Shown here: in pieces, positions 28,286-42,306 of the stretch
Numbering within the stretch: position 1 is the stretch's first letter
Layout: every line of letters starts with the position of its first letter
NCBI GenBank assembly: GCA_964016885.1
Contig: OZ024743.1
Location: 100,812,001-100,876,000 of the forward strand
Source: Eledone cirrhosa
Lineage: Eukaryota
Length of the DNA stretch: 64,000 nucleotides
Reading direction: 5' to 3'
Notes under the pieces: model-generated
Seen by the model: the letters and a program-made list of their open reading frames with translations, nothing else
What the model was told of the DNA's origin: nothing
Databases searched by the model: none
Made by a program: the position numbers and the translations under genes

Positions 28286-30060
28286 GGGAAATAAGCTCTG
28301 TACAGGCTTGAAAGGTGTCCATGCAGTTGTGAACACAGACACCTTCTCATCCTTTTCTCCCTTTATTTAGTAGAAAATCCAAGATGCGGTAGCTGGAAGA
28401 AGAGAAGACAGCGCCAGCACTGGACTGGTACTTTCTTTATTGGTTCCGAAAGGATCAAAGGCAAAGTGGACTTCGGCGGGGTTTGAACTCAGAACGTAGA
28501 GACCCGGAACAAATATCCAACGTTCTAACGACAACATACATGTTTACGTGAAGGTGCATGTCCTCGGAGAGTAACGGATGTGGTGTGGGGTGGGGGTAAA
28601 TCGAGTTCCTCTCAAAATTTAGTGGCCTTGGAGTGACAGGTTTTCTTTTGAGGAAGTGTTATCACATATTCACTCGTAATTCCTTTGCTGTTCGGAGCCC
28701 TTGACCAATGCACCGACTGATGACCCACTTTTTTTAATAGGCACTGCGCCTAAGGCCACTTAAAGTGACCACCACCTTTTGTTTCCAGAAATGGAGAAGG
28801 TTTGAGCGAGGGACAAAAGGTCTTGCTACTGAAACCGCCCAAGACCGAAGTACAGCACAACATGGAAGAGAAATTAAGAAGTGTGATTATATATCTATGA
28901 ATGTGTAAAATTGAAGATATATTGTTATTGGTCCAGATGCACCCCCACCGGCTCTCATGCACTTGGGGCTGGTTAAAGTTTACCAACGCCTGTCATACCA
29001 AAAAGTGAAAAAGACGAATCCTCTAAAAAAAGCCTTTAAGTGCCCACCCAGCTTGCTAAGAATAACAGTCAAATCTCCCTCAATTTGTCCATAGTTGTCC
29101 TAAAAATGAAATACGGATAAGACAGTCGTAGATATACCTGAATAAAAGAATAGATGGTCACATCAAGAATGGTTTTTAATCATAGGATTGCTAAACAACA
29201 ACTACAGCAGCTCCAAAACAACACCAATAGATCGTTATATCTTGTCCGAATTGCATATGTAGGCACATGGCTTTGTGGTACAGTGTTCGTCTCACAACCT
29301 TATGGTCGTGAGTTCGATTCCCAGTGACATTTTGTGTCCTTGAGCTAGACACTTTATTTCATTCTGTTCCTGTCCACACAGCTTGTCAAAGTGAGTTGGA
29401 CCGGTAGAGCAAATGTCCTTCCTTGTCACACACTGTGTCACACTGAATCTCCATGTGCGCGGAATGCTCAGCCACCAGCAGGCTGTTACGTTGATTGAAG
29501 AACTGTAATACTCGCCATCAGAACCGATGTAAAACACACACAATTGATGGCATAATTAATCATTTCTAGCACGAACACAAGGCCACACATTTGGGTACAG
29601 GGTTAATCGATTAATTTGATCCCAGTACTTGACTGGAGTTTTATTTCACTCTTTTATTTTATTTCACCAACTCTGGAAGGAGAAAATGCAAAGTTGACCC
29701 CCGGCGGGATTTGAATTCCGGATGTCAAAAACACAACTAAATATCACAGGACATTGCCTGACGTTCTAACTATTATCAATCCATTGACCTTGATAGCATA
29801 ACAAATACGTTCACTTTTCTATTTAAAACAACAACCCCAGCCCTGTATCTTTCGGTGCAATGTAATGTTTCTTAAAGTAGTTTTCCGCGAAAAAATATTT
29901 TATATTAATCCTTTTGATATGGGATCGCCTGAAACCGCCTGTTTCTTCAATACAAGGCAGTTTATTTTAAAGTGTTCACATTCCCTCATAGTTTAAATAA
30001 AAGCCTTCGTTGAATTATGTTTCAAACACCAGATGAATAAGAAGGAAGGCTATAAATATA

Positions 30061-30138
30061 CAGGGTGTCCTTCAAAAATGTAAATACATATTTATTAGAA
30101 TGGTGTTGAAATGTGTATATATTTTTGGGGACACCCTG
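30061..30138. mobile_element. 78-bp Tc1/mariner-type mini-MITE with TA duplication; degraded copy at 37771-37845
   Basis: TA|cagggtgtcc ... ggacaccctg|TA. Confidence 0.8.
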
Positions 30139-30175
30139 TATATATATGTTATATAACTGGGAAGTTTATATAAAT

Positions 30176-30226
<51 letters not shown>

Positions 30227-30231
<5 letters not shown>

Positions 30232-30848
30232 AGTCAATATATATTAATATATGATAAACACATACGTGTTTGTATTGTAAGAGACAAAGCTAGCTAGAAT
30301 GAAATAAACTAATTAAAATGAATACAATTTGTCTGTCTCGATATAAATCAATAAAGACAAGCTTATATTGGCAAAAGCCGTGATTCCTGGACAAATTTAA
30401 ATGTCAAAATCCAAACCTGCTCCGTAGATGAATTTGAACTTCGAAACCCAAATATGTTTCGCAACGATGGTATAAAAATTGAAATATACAAAGTGAAATA
30501 TTCAAATCTTCTGTGCTTATCAACAGGAATCCAGTAAAATTAGTACATTTCACCTCCAAAAATTTTGCAGGACTGAATCACACGTGGTATAACCAGCTAT
30601 ACTAGCCATCCCATACTCCCGGTGCTAGAAATAACAGCCGTTTATATGGGATTAAAAATCAGCTCTACAGTTAAGGAGCAATAATATTATATTATATTTA
30701 GAGTTTAAACTCAAAGTAATTTACAATTAATCAGCTCAAAGAAAGAAGCATATATATTGACTTGTATTTCACTGCTCGGAAATACTTCTTTCTTTGAGCT
30801 GATTAATTGTAAATGACTTTGAGTTTAAACTCTAAATATAATATAATA
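30227..30848 (-). mobile_element. Solo PLE end with a degenerate long-stem-II HHR (30449-30527) and 5' fold-back (30686-30748 / 30785-30848)
   Basis: Reverse complement: TTGATAA-gca...tgc-GAAA-catatt; inverted arms; (TA)n on both sides. Confidence 0.6.
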
Positions 30849-31187
30849 TATATATATATATATATATTTCGTTTCTGAATTTGTTTAGCAAGATTCTTTA
30901 TCTGAAAACGTGTCTTGAAACCGATATTGTTATACTTTGGGGGGGGGGGGGGAGTCATGTTGCCAATAAGAAACACACGCACCAGTTGCTTTCACTTCAA
31001 TTTATTATAATAAATTTATAAATTTAGGAATTTATAAATTTCCGGTTGGTTGGTTCCACAACCAGATGGTTGTTTATATATTGTCAAAGTTCTTTCGTCA
31101 CACATTCTGTGACCTCTTCAGTGACTGGGGATTCTTTTCTTTGTTTTTTGTGCCTCTCCTTTGTTCTGTCCTACGCCATCTTGTTTT

Positions 31188-31256
<69 letters not shown>

Positions 31257-31570
31257 GGGTGTGTATGATTGTGTATAGAAGATTATATATATTTTTACTA
31301 AATCTCAATTCTTGATTATTTTCAAAATACTTTGAAAATTACAGACGAAAGTAAATTTCATTAAAAGTTGTATCTTTTTATTTCTATTAAAAATTCTCTC
31401 TCTAAAATAATTGTTCTATCAAGCAATGTCTTTCTAAAATTAGTGTTGGTGATATTCCATAGAATATAGGAAAATACTGAATTTCCGCAACAAAATAACT
31501 TTTGGAACTATTGTTGTAGAGTAACATTGTTGTTGTTTAAGCATAAGTCAGCCATGACGGAGCAGGCTTA

Positions 31571-32137
31571 TGACCAGTCATGTCAGCCATGGTCAACTCG
31601 TCATGTCAGCCATGGTCAACCCGTCATCTCAGCCATGGTCAACCAGTCATGTCAGCCATGGTCAACCAGTCATGTCAACCATGGTCAACCAGTCATGTCA
31701 GCCATGGTCAACCAGTCATGTCAACCATGGTCAACCAGTCATGTCAGCCATGGTCAACCAGTTATGTCAGCCATGGTCAACCTGTCATGTCAGCCATGGT
31801 CAACCCGTCATCTCAGCCATGGTCAACCAGTCATGTCAGCCATGGTCAACCCGTCATGTCAGCCATGGTCAACTCGTCATGTCAGCCATGGTAAACCTGT
31901 CATGTCAGCCATGGTCAACCTGTCATCTCAGCCATGGTCAACCTGTCATTTCAGCCATGGTCAGCCCCTCATCTCAGCCATGGTCAACCTGTCATCTCAG
32001 CCATGGTCAACCCGTCATCTCAGTCATGGTCAACCAGTCATTTCAGCCATGGTCAACCAGTCATGTCAGCCATGGTCAACCAGTCATTTCAGCCATGGTC
32101 AACCTGTCATTTCAGCCATGGTCAACCTGTCATGTCA
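31571..32137. repeat. 23-bp minisatellite (gtcagccatggtcaaccagtcat)
   Basis: About 24 tandem copies. Confidence 0.95.
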
Positions 32138-34898
32138 GGGGTATTGTCTAATGTATTCTTATGTATTCTTTTATGGAGGGTGATAGGAAAGAGATTTAGC
32201 TGTTATTTTTAGCAGGTCGAACGACCGCAAAAGCAGCGATTTTCAACCTTTTTCCTAACCACGACACATTGGATACGGTTCTAAAACTGTTAATACATTT
32301 CAAGAAATTCCATAACACACACACACACGCGCACACACACACGCGCACACACACACACACACACACACACAAGTAAAAGTAAAGGATCTGCCGCAAGCTC
32401 GGCGGTTTCGGCTAGTTACCTCTTCTATCGAGTACTTCTTTGATTTGTAGTCTCCCCGGTTCCACTACCGCAGACTATCAATATATATATGTGTGTGTGT
32501 GTCTGTGTGTGTGTGTGTGTGTATATATTAGTTGAAGAAATAAGAAAGAGAGGGATGTAAGAAGTGGGAAACGTTAGGTCTAGGGCCTCCTCCCTCATTG
32601 GCTTGTGTGCTGTTTACATTGGAACGCTGCTCAGTAGTTTGACTTGAATCAATGACGAAGCCTCTATATTGTCAGCCGTTCTGCTAGAAATACCAGTCAC
32701 GTCCTTTAAAGGGACACGTATATTGTAATCCTAGATACACTAAAGCTAGTGGGTGGTGGGTGGTGGCGGTGGTGGTGGTGTGTGTGGGGGTAAAGTCGTG
32801 AATTGTTCAGGTGGGATATATGGATATGGGGGGGGGGGGGGTTAGAATGGTAAGAGGTTGATGAGATTGAAAGTATCTGTACGTGTGTTTGTGTGTGTGT
32901 ATATATATGTTTGTGTGTGTGTGTGTGTATATATGTTTGTGTGTGTGTATATATATGTTTGTGTGTGTGTGTGTATATATGTTTGAGTGTGTGTATATAT
33001 ATGTTTGTGTGTGTAGTTGATGTTAATATGGGTGGTGGGGTGGTTGGTGTGTGTGTGTGTGTATATATGTTTGTGTGTGTGTGTGTGTATATATGTTTGT
33101 GTGTGTGTATATATATGTTTGTGTGTGTGTGTGTATATATGTTTGAGTGTGTGTATATATATGTTTGTGTGTGTAGTTGATGTTAATATGGGTGGTGGGG
33201 TGGTTGGTGTGTGTGTGTGTGTATATATATATATGTGTTTGTTTGTATGTGTGTATCTATGTCTATATATGTTAGTGTATCTGAGTTTGTGTACATGTAT
33301 ATGTCTGTGTGTCTGTATATGTCTGTGTATGTATGTCTGTGTGTCTGTATATGTCTGTATATGTCTGTGTATGTATGTATGTCTGTATATGTATGTATGT
33401 GTGTCTGTATATGTCTGTATATGTCTGTGTATGTATGTATGTCTGTATATGTATGTATGTGTGTCTGTATATGTATGTGTGTCTGTATATGTCTGTGTAT
33501 GTATGTATGTCTGTGTGTGTGTGTGTCTGTCTGTGTATCTGTATATCTGTGTCTGTATATGTTTACATAAATATATATATTTGTGTATATATGAAAGAAT
33601 GTGTGAAATGTACCCAACTGCGCGCGCGCGTGTGTGTGTGTAATAGTTTCCCTACATTTGCACTATCTGCAAACTGCTTGGGTTAAGGGTTCACAGAAGC
33701 TGTTAGGGTTCGATTAAGAGTAGCACTAATACAGAGGAGGGCTCGCTGTGGGTATTTTAAGTTGTGGTTAAGATCACAGATATCTCACTAATTATGGGAA
33801 AATATCAGATACTCGTATTTCAGGATCTTTATCCATCCTCAGTGACGTTTACTCACTCGGTACTGAGGCAAAATAAGACATTTATGAGGATGCTCTTCTG
33901 CATATTGTGTCGACTTGACAGGGTGGTATTAATTAGCTGTAGCTAAGGGCGGTGGATTGGCAGTATCGGTAAAGGGTCGAATAACATGCTTTGCGTCATA
34001 TGGTTACGGCCCTTTATGTTTACGTTCTGAATTTCAATCCCGTCGAGGTTAGCTTTATCTTTCATCCTTCGGGGTCAATAAAATAACGTAATAGTAATGT
34101 ACTGAGGTCGATTTAATCGACTTTCTCCTTCCTTTCAAATTGCCGGCCTTGTGCCAAATGTAGCCACAAATAATTAGCAGTAGCACTAATACGGTTTCAA
34201 AAAAATTTTAACAAATAAATCATTCGGAAAATATTTTTCAAATAAATCTTTCAAGTTTATCGATTTAAAAACAACAACGAAAAATTCAAAAACTCAGATT
34301 TATAACGAAAAAGCTGCTAACTTTCATGAATTTCTTTTCAGTTTAATTCACTTTCATTTTATAAAGTTAAAGCAAAACACCCCTGGATAACCTCTGTTAT
34401 ACAAATAAACAATATGGTCATGGCTGGACTGGCTTTGATTATAAGGGTATGCTAGATCAATGTTGGTCTGAGCTTAACAAAATCTCCCTCAAATCACTAC
34501 CAGCTTTAACCCTTTTGATACCAGGCCACCCAAAAGCACCCGTTTCTATTATACGAAGCAGTTTATTTTTAAATGTTTATATTTATCTAAAGACCTTCCA
34601 TCATAGTTTTATATGAGAAAAGTTACGTCCCAGCTCAATAATATTGGAGAAATTAGTTATATTAGCAAATCCTTCGCAATTTTATGAAACCCAGGCATGA
34701 AACAATTATTTCATTAGAAATATGGTAACAAAACATATTCACTGATATATAAAGACTAGAAGCTCACTACTCGTTCAAAACTGTAAATATAACAACAACA
34801 AACGCTGTATTGTGTCTATGTTGGTTAAGGCAATCAACCCAAACCCTCACTGAATAATCCCACCTTTCTGTCAATCGGTACCGTGGATATATAATTTA

Positions 34899-35085
34899 CT
34901 AGTAGACCCGTGCCGTCAATAATGAGCAACAACGTTGAACATATTTAATTTTAGAAGTCCAGGATTGGTATGCGATATAAACCAGAATTATTGGATATAT
35001 GAACAATCATACAAACTGAGAAATTTGTATTTTGATAAATTTATGGTTTGCATAAAAGAAACCCTGTAGTTTATGTTTATTACTG
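34899..35085 (-). mobile_element. Helitron-like 3' end; related fragment at 27298-27465
   Basis: Minus strand ends gacggcacgggtctaCTAG|T; homologous copy elsewhere in the window. Confidence 0.55.
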
Positions 35086-35247
35086 ACATGTGTTAGTCAT
35101 CAATGATAATGATATCTTAATAATCTATTTATTTTTCTTCTCCAAAATGGCTGACTGAATACACACGTGTTTTTCTTCAAAACTTGTTTCCACTCCTTTC
35201 TCTTCTCACTCTCTATCTCTCTATTTCATCTTTTATTTCTCATTTTA

Positions 35248-35283
35248 TCTTCTGATGAAGGACTAATGTCCGAAATGTTAAGA
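35248..35283 (+). ncRNA. Minimal type-I hammerhead in a solo PLE end
   Basis: tctt-CTGATGA-a ggac taat gtcc-GAAA-tg-TT-aaga. Confidence 0.7.
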
Positions 35284-36580
35284 CACTTTTGCTACTATAT
35301 CAGGCGATAAATTAACATATTTCTTCATTGTACTGTGATGTTTCCGTTCACGTTTTGTACACACACACATATAAATTTACAAACACACATGGCATATTAT
35401 GGTTGACAGTTGTTTGGTCTCGGAGGGCCTGTCAATTCCTCCAAAACTATCAAGAAAATGTGTTTTTTTAACTACTTAGCAGCGAAAGCACAGCGTCAGT
35501 TACTTTGTTAATATTGCAAGTCTTTGCATCGAGGTTTGGCAAAAGCTACAGAACACATGCTCCAGTGCATCAACCGATGTTCAAACATCAACATAACCTA
35601 TTATCAGGGCTAGCGCTGCATTAAGGTCAACTAAACAGCTACCAAGAATGCAGACCTCAGGGGGCGCATTACCGAACCTTAAAGGATCACAGTTTTATAC
35701 AAAACTGGAGCAGGGAGAGGATTGTATGGTGTCATATAATTTGGCATATAATTTGGCATTGGTGAATGTGGACTGTATAGTTGAAAATGCCGGCTTGGTG
35801 ATTTTCTTAGGGTCACAGCAAGAAGTGTCAAATGATAGGTTCGTCAGCTTCCCAAACTGTAAGTTAAAACTATTATTGAGAGGCTGGGGTGTACATTTTA
35901 TGCAGAACTAGAGCCCTGCCAGGCGCCGGGCCTGTGTATTATTGAAACTAAATTTCATGCAAGATATAAGAAGGAAGAAAATGAACAAGGACGGCAATGG
36001 CATTATGAGTGTATTAGGTTGTTCTAGTCGGGAATCGATACCATGTTGTGAGATTTCTCTACTCCACACCGCAGCGAGGAAGCTTCAATGTGATCGCCCA
36101 ACCTGCAAGAAATAACAGCCAAATCTCCTCGAAATCACATCTTTGAATAAGGACAGACCCATTTGATAAATGGCGAAGCCTTAAAACACGGAATAGCCAC
36201 GCCTGGGAGGCCTTTAATCGTAACTCATGTTGTAGCATAGACGACCCGAGGCTAAACAACGATGCTACTCTTCACGACTGTATATTGCAGACAAGAAGGG
36301 AGAAGCCTTAGGAATGGTAGTTTGTGTACAAGGCTGTCTGTCTGTCGTGTGTGATGTGGTTAGAATTATTAATATGACAAGGCAGATTAAACACACACAC
36401 CACATACATATATATATATGTGTATACATACACACACCACATACATATATTTATATATGTATACATACACACACCACATACATATATATATGTATACATA
36501 CACACACTACATACATATATATGTATACATACACACACCACATACATATATATATATGTATACATACACACACCACATAC

Positions 36581-36612
<32 letters not shown>

Positions 36613-36723
36613 GTGTGTGTGTATGTGTACATATATGTGTGTATGTGTATATATACATGTGTGTGTGTGTTTATATATGTGTGTGTATGTATGTGTGTGT
36701 ATGTGAACATATATGTGTGTGTA

Positions 36724-36754
<31 letters not shown>

Positions 36755-37130
36755 GTGTGTGTGTGTATGTGTGTGTATGTGTATATATATATACATATAT
36801 ATGTGTGTGTGCGTATGTATATATGTGTGTGTGTATTATATTTATATATATATAGACATATAAATATTTAATGGTATACATTTGTAAACACGCCTAAAGG
36901 GCAAATTCTCAATTATGTATTCAAAAGGTAGCAACAAGAATTTAAATGCAATTTATCGAAATCGAATGACATAAACATCGGCTACACATGTACCCGTAAT
37001 AGCTACATGTGTACCCGTAATAGCTACATGTGTGTACCCAACATTATATATATATTGTTTATATACTAACAGTATGTATACAGATACATGCAACACAACA
37101 CCGTCCCTTTCATATATTATCGTATATATA

Positions 37131-37164
37131 CAAACACGGCGAAAGTGAGTAGTGTTTGTAAACT

Positions 37165-37227
<63 letters not shown>

Positions 37228-37289
37228 GTGTGTGTGTGTGTGTGAATGTATGTGTACAGGGGTTTACAAACACTACTCACTTTCGCCGT

Positions 37290-37294
<5 letters not shown>
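37131..37294. repeat. ~37-bp inverted repeats enclosing microsatellites
   Basis: aaacacggcgaaagtgagtagtgtttgtaaac / gtttacaaacactactcactttcgccgtgttt. Confidence 0.8.
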
Positions 37295-37331
<37 letters not shown>

Positions 37332-37651
37332 CATATGCATATATATGAATATGTATATATAGATATATATGTATATGCATATATATGTATATGTATATAT
37401 AGATATATATGTATATGCATATATATGTATATGTATATATAGATATATATGTATATGCATATATATGTATATGTATATGTATATATAGATATATATGTAT
37501 ATGCATATATATGTATATGTATATATATATAGATATATATGTATATGCATATATATGTATATATATATATATATATAATTAAAAAAGAGACACAAGCATA
37601 TATGTTAATATACATGTAACAGATCGTATATATTTAACCTAAAGTAGAAAC

Positions 37652-37684
<33 letters not shown>

Positions 37685-37847
37685 GATAATATAATGCAAA
37701 TTTATACGGGAACAAAACAGAGACAAACAAATAAAGGTTTATTAGGTTCATATATATATATATACACACACAGGGTGTCACTAAAAATGTATACACTTTT
37801 GTTAGAAAGCTGTTGAACTATGAATACATTTTTTGGGACAGTATGTT

Positions 37848-37915
<68 letters not shown>

Positions 37916-38830
37916 ATAAAGTTGTTGAAACAGTAAAATCAACTTACCAGCAGACAAATGGCCAACAACAAGGAATACATGTTTTTAATTGTTGTTGTTA
38001 TTACTGTTGATGTTATATATAAAGAGTGCTCCGTGTTCTGGTAAAGGTGTAAAGAGAAGAGTTGAACTGCTTGAAAAGTCAGGACTTTCTGCACCGGTGG
38101 AAAACTGTCCCAGTCCTGACTTCACGGCTTACTGAAGAAAGAAACCAATGTGTATATTGTTGCTATTGTATGTTATGTATAATATATATATATATATATA
38201 TAGTGTTTGAATATATGTGTTATATCGATGTAGGCGTGTATGAACCTATATTAACCATTAAGGTTTGTTATTGTTGTTATTCTTATTTTTTTAATGTTTT
38301 TTTTTTTTTACTTCTACCCCCTTTCTTCTTCCTAATCCCCCTTTTTTCCCCCCCTTGAAAAAGTGAAGCTAAACCTCTTGCGGCAATAAAGTTTGCCGAG
38401 GAAAGAAATGAAAGCGCAGCCGACCCAAAACTCTCCCTCCTCAATGACTAGTCGGAGAGACAGGAACAGACAGAAATAGATACGGAGAGAGAGACACACA
38501 CACTGACAGAGACGAACACACACACACACACACACAGGCGAACACACACAAAGACATAAGAGAGGAGGAAGACAGAGAGACAAAACAAGATTCCGAGAAA
38601 GAGCAGGTAAAGAGGGAGTGAGAGAAATGATAGACAGTGAGAGAGTGAGAAGTAAAAGAGAAAGAGACAGTAAAAGGTGAAGTGAAAGAGTGAGAGAGTG
38701 TAAGAGAATTCTTTTATTTTGCTGTTGTAGTTATTTTTTTTCACAACACACCGCCAACTCCTCGCATCTCAAACTCTTTCATCTATTTTCCCCCTTTCTT
38801 GTCTATTTCCTTCCTTCCGCGCGCTCTCTC

Positions 38831-38925
<95 letters not shown>

Positions 38926-39235
38926 GTGTGTGTGTCTGCGCGCGTGTGTGCGTGCGCGTATGTGTATGTATGTATGTATGTATGTATGTATGTATGTATG
39001 TATGTATGTATGTATGTATGTGTGTGTGTGTGTATGTATATGTGTATGTATGTATGTGTGTATGTATGTATGTATGTATGTATGTATGTATGCATGTATG
39101 TATGTATGTATGTATGCATGTATGTATGTATGTATGTATGTGTGTGTGTGTGTATGTATATGTGTATGTATGTATATGTGTATGTGTGTATGTATGTATG
39201 TATGTATGTATGCATGTATGTATATATGTATGCAT

Positions 39236-40370
39236 GTTATCTCTTTCTCTTAATTTCGAGTATATTTTTTTTGACCGGCCACCTTCCTGGTGGCAAGGTT
39301 GTAAAAGAAAAGAAATTGTCATCCCTTGAATCGCAAGAATGTTTTGCAAATTTTGAATGTGCCAGCTATCGCAGCCATTTGTAGACTACGAATTAGGGAG
39401 CTGCGCTTTTTGTCCGCAAATCCAAGTTCAGTCATACTTTGGTCCAAGCGGGTTGGTATATAACCCGTAGCTCCAATAATGATGGGTATGAAGCTAAAGC
39501 TGTATCTTGGATACTCGATTTGTAAACTCTTCATCAATGGTCCGTAGATGTCCTCCTCCTGTATTTTTCGGACGTTCCAAATGGTTCTAGCTATCCCATC
39601 GTGTCTCATGGGGAGGTAGTAGCGAGATGACATTCTTTCGCAGCTGGCAACAATGTGGCTTACATCTTCGATCTTTGTTTTACATAGCCTACATTTATTG
39701 TCAGCTGCTGGCCCGCCTCTTTTGTGCAGCAGATATTTGGTAGGGAGTTCTTGTTCCTGTATTGCATAGAGATATCCCTCAAGGTGTGATGTCATAAACT
39801 TGTCGGAACTCCATGCCAGGCTTTTTGAGTGGTTTATCCCCTCTATGGTCTGTGTTTTACGTCTCAAGTATCCATGCACAACTTTTTCTGTAAATTGGTC
39901 AATTTTTTAATCTTGTTTGAACATTAGATAGGATCTTCCGATTTCTCTGGGTGAGAGATTTATATCAGGCTTTATTCCATATCTCTCCTCCAGATATTCT
40001 AATGATATTTTTTTTTTCATGCTCATAAACCTGGGCAAGATGGTTGCCAACCTTTTTCCTCTGTTGAAGGTGTTGCTTCAGTGTTACTATCCGGGTCTCA
40101 TATATTGTTAATATTGATTTTAGACCCCAGCCACCTTCCTTGCGTGAGAAGTATAGCCTATCCACATCACCAATGATGTTAAAGTTCCTAGTAACACTGA
40201 GAAGTTTGCGAGTTCTAACATCCATCACACTTAGTTCTTGCAATGGCCAAAGGGTTGGCGTTAGAATTGGCACAGCATAAGTATTGTGGGCAATGTATTT
40301 GTTGTACGCTGACAGTTCTGATGACCATATTTTCTTTACTCATCTGAGGTATTCAGTTCTGGTTCTCTCC
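39236..40370 (-). mobile_element. R4/Dong-type RLE LINE, 5'-truncated divergent subfamily, in (TACA)n
   Basis: MHGY...EGYLYAIQEQEL...CRLCKTKIEDVSHIVASC...RHD zinc knuckle; DVDRLYFSRKEGG. Confidence 0.85.
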
Positions 40371-40404
40371 ATGTATGTATGTATGCATGTATGTATGTAT
40401 TTAT

Positions 40405-41014
40405 GTCAGTTCACCAGTTGGTGCTACTGGTAACATGTATCCCAGTACAACCTCTCTCATGGTCGGGTCGTTGGCGACTAAACTGGCACCCCACCAAGGT
40501 TTCTTGGTGAGGAGGGTGACTTTGGACATCCTGCAGGACTAAAAACAAAACCTGTCAAAGGGCAAAGGAGCTCTTAAGAGTCAATTGCCATCCAAAATAA
40601 CGGGGAGAGATGATCCCTTAGCCTTTGTCAAGGCAGAATTCTAGGAGACGGAAAACTCTGATATAACACCTGCAACTCTGATGGTTTCCAATGATGTTGA
40701 CTTGTTCTTTTTTTTTGGTAAATATCATCTTGGTTAAGAGAGTGGGACTGGCTTTGTGCAGTGCCTTTGCTCACTATAAAAGCTTCACGACACAGGGATT
40801 GATTTATATCTGGAGATCTCTTTGCACTTGTCGTCACATGGTACCATGAGCCCAGCACTATGTGTCAATAATTGTCACAAGTGTAGTGTTTGTACCAGAG
40901 TTTTCAAGTCGCTGGCTGGACTAAAAAGTCACACTTGTTCAGCGCATCGGTAGGGGTTCTCCTACATGGATATAAAGTAGTGGCCGTACACGAAAACGAG
41001 TTGGCAGCCACCAT
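40405..41014 (+). mobile_element. ~610-bp non-coding retroposon with an RTE-like 5' leader; second copy at 43820-44430 on the minus strand
   Basis: Two full-length homologous copies in opposite orientation, both embedded in (TATG/TACA)n; ctaggagaaggaaaactctg motif. Confidence 0.7.
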
Positions 41015-41030
41015 GTATGCATGTATGTAT

Positions 41031-41637
41031 GTTCTTCTGGTTTTATAATTTCACAAAGTTTTACCAATAGAGAGAGAGTCGGTTTCTAATATAGACACAA
41101 GACTCTCTCATTGGAATTTACACAACATCAACTAGGTAGATATGTATGTATGCATGCATGTGTAGATATGGATGTTATTGTATGTGTGGATGTGGATGTT
41201 TTGCGTTGTATGTGTGCATGTGTATATGCTTTGTATCTGTACATGTGTATATGCAGTTATTAGATGCAACATTTTTGGAATGTTTTACATATTTTTACTG
41301 TTCCATTAATGGATTGTACTTGTAATTTCCTAACTAGTTGTGTTCTTTCTGTTCTTGTGAAGCCTAGCTTCTCAAGATTTGTATTGAGGCAGTTGCTAAA
41401 ATACCCAGTGCCCCAATAATCACAGGCATAAATCTGAAGGTATAATCAGGGTGGAGTATCTGCAGATTTCTCATCAGTTCTGCATAAATATTCTCCTTTT
41501 CACTAATCTTTGATATTATATTGGCATCTGCTGGGCAGCTAATTTCCACTACTGGGCATGTTTTCTTCTCCCTGTCCCATATCATAATATCTGGTCTGTT
41601 ATGCCTGCATTTTATTGGGGTTTTTACTGGAACATTC
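41031..41637 (-). mobile_element. R4/Dong-type LINE 3' fragment
   Basis: RPDIMIWDREKK..VVEISCPAD..EKENIYAEL; highly similar to 47421-48022. Confidence 0.9.
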
Positions 41638-42306
41638 GTATGTATGTATGTATGTATGTATGTATGTATGTATGTATGTATGTATGTATGTATGTATGTA
41701 TGTATGTATGTGTGTATGTGTGTATGTATGTATGTATGTATGTATGTGTGTGTATGTATGTATGTGTGTGTGTATGTATATGTGTATGTATGTATGTATG
41801 TATGTATGTATGTATGTATGTATGTGTGTATGTGTGTATGTGTGTATGTATGTATGTATGTATGTATGTATGTATGTATGTATGTATGTATGTATGTGTG
41901 TGTATGTATGTATGTGAGTGTGTATGTATATGTGTATGTATGTATGTATATGTGTATGTGTGTATGTATGTATGTGGCTTATTGGTTAGGGTATTCAGCT
42001 CACAATCGTAAGGTCGTGAGTTCGATTCCCGGCGGCCCATTATGTCCTTGAGCAAGACAAGTTGTTCTAGCCTATTTAACGGGCAAAGATGAGTTGTACC
42101 TGTAATTCGAAGGGCCAGCCTTCTTATATTCCGCGTCACGCTGAATCTCCCGGAGAACTTAGGTTAAGATTACGTGTGTCTGTGGAATGCTCAGCTACTT
42201 TGCACCTTAATTTCATGAGCAGGCTGTTCCGTTGATCGTATTAACTGGAACACTCTTCGTTGCAACTGACGGAGAGCCAGTTTTTTATGTATGTATGTCA
42301 GTATAT

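Noticed and set aside
28775-28980. Possible host exon after ttttgtttccag
   Set aside because: No recognisable protein similarity or convincing donor site; cannot be supported without transcripts
31527-32212. SHGQPV/QPWST repeat ORFs
   Set aside because: 23-bp minisatellite cycling through all frames
32393-32483. Minus-strand HHR (GAAAccgc...gcggca)
   Set aside because: Core and cleavage-site U are both disrupted; at best a decayed remnant
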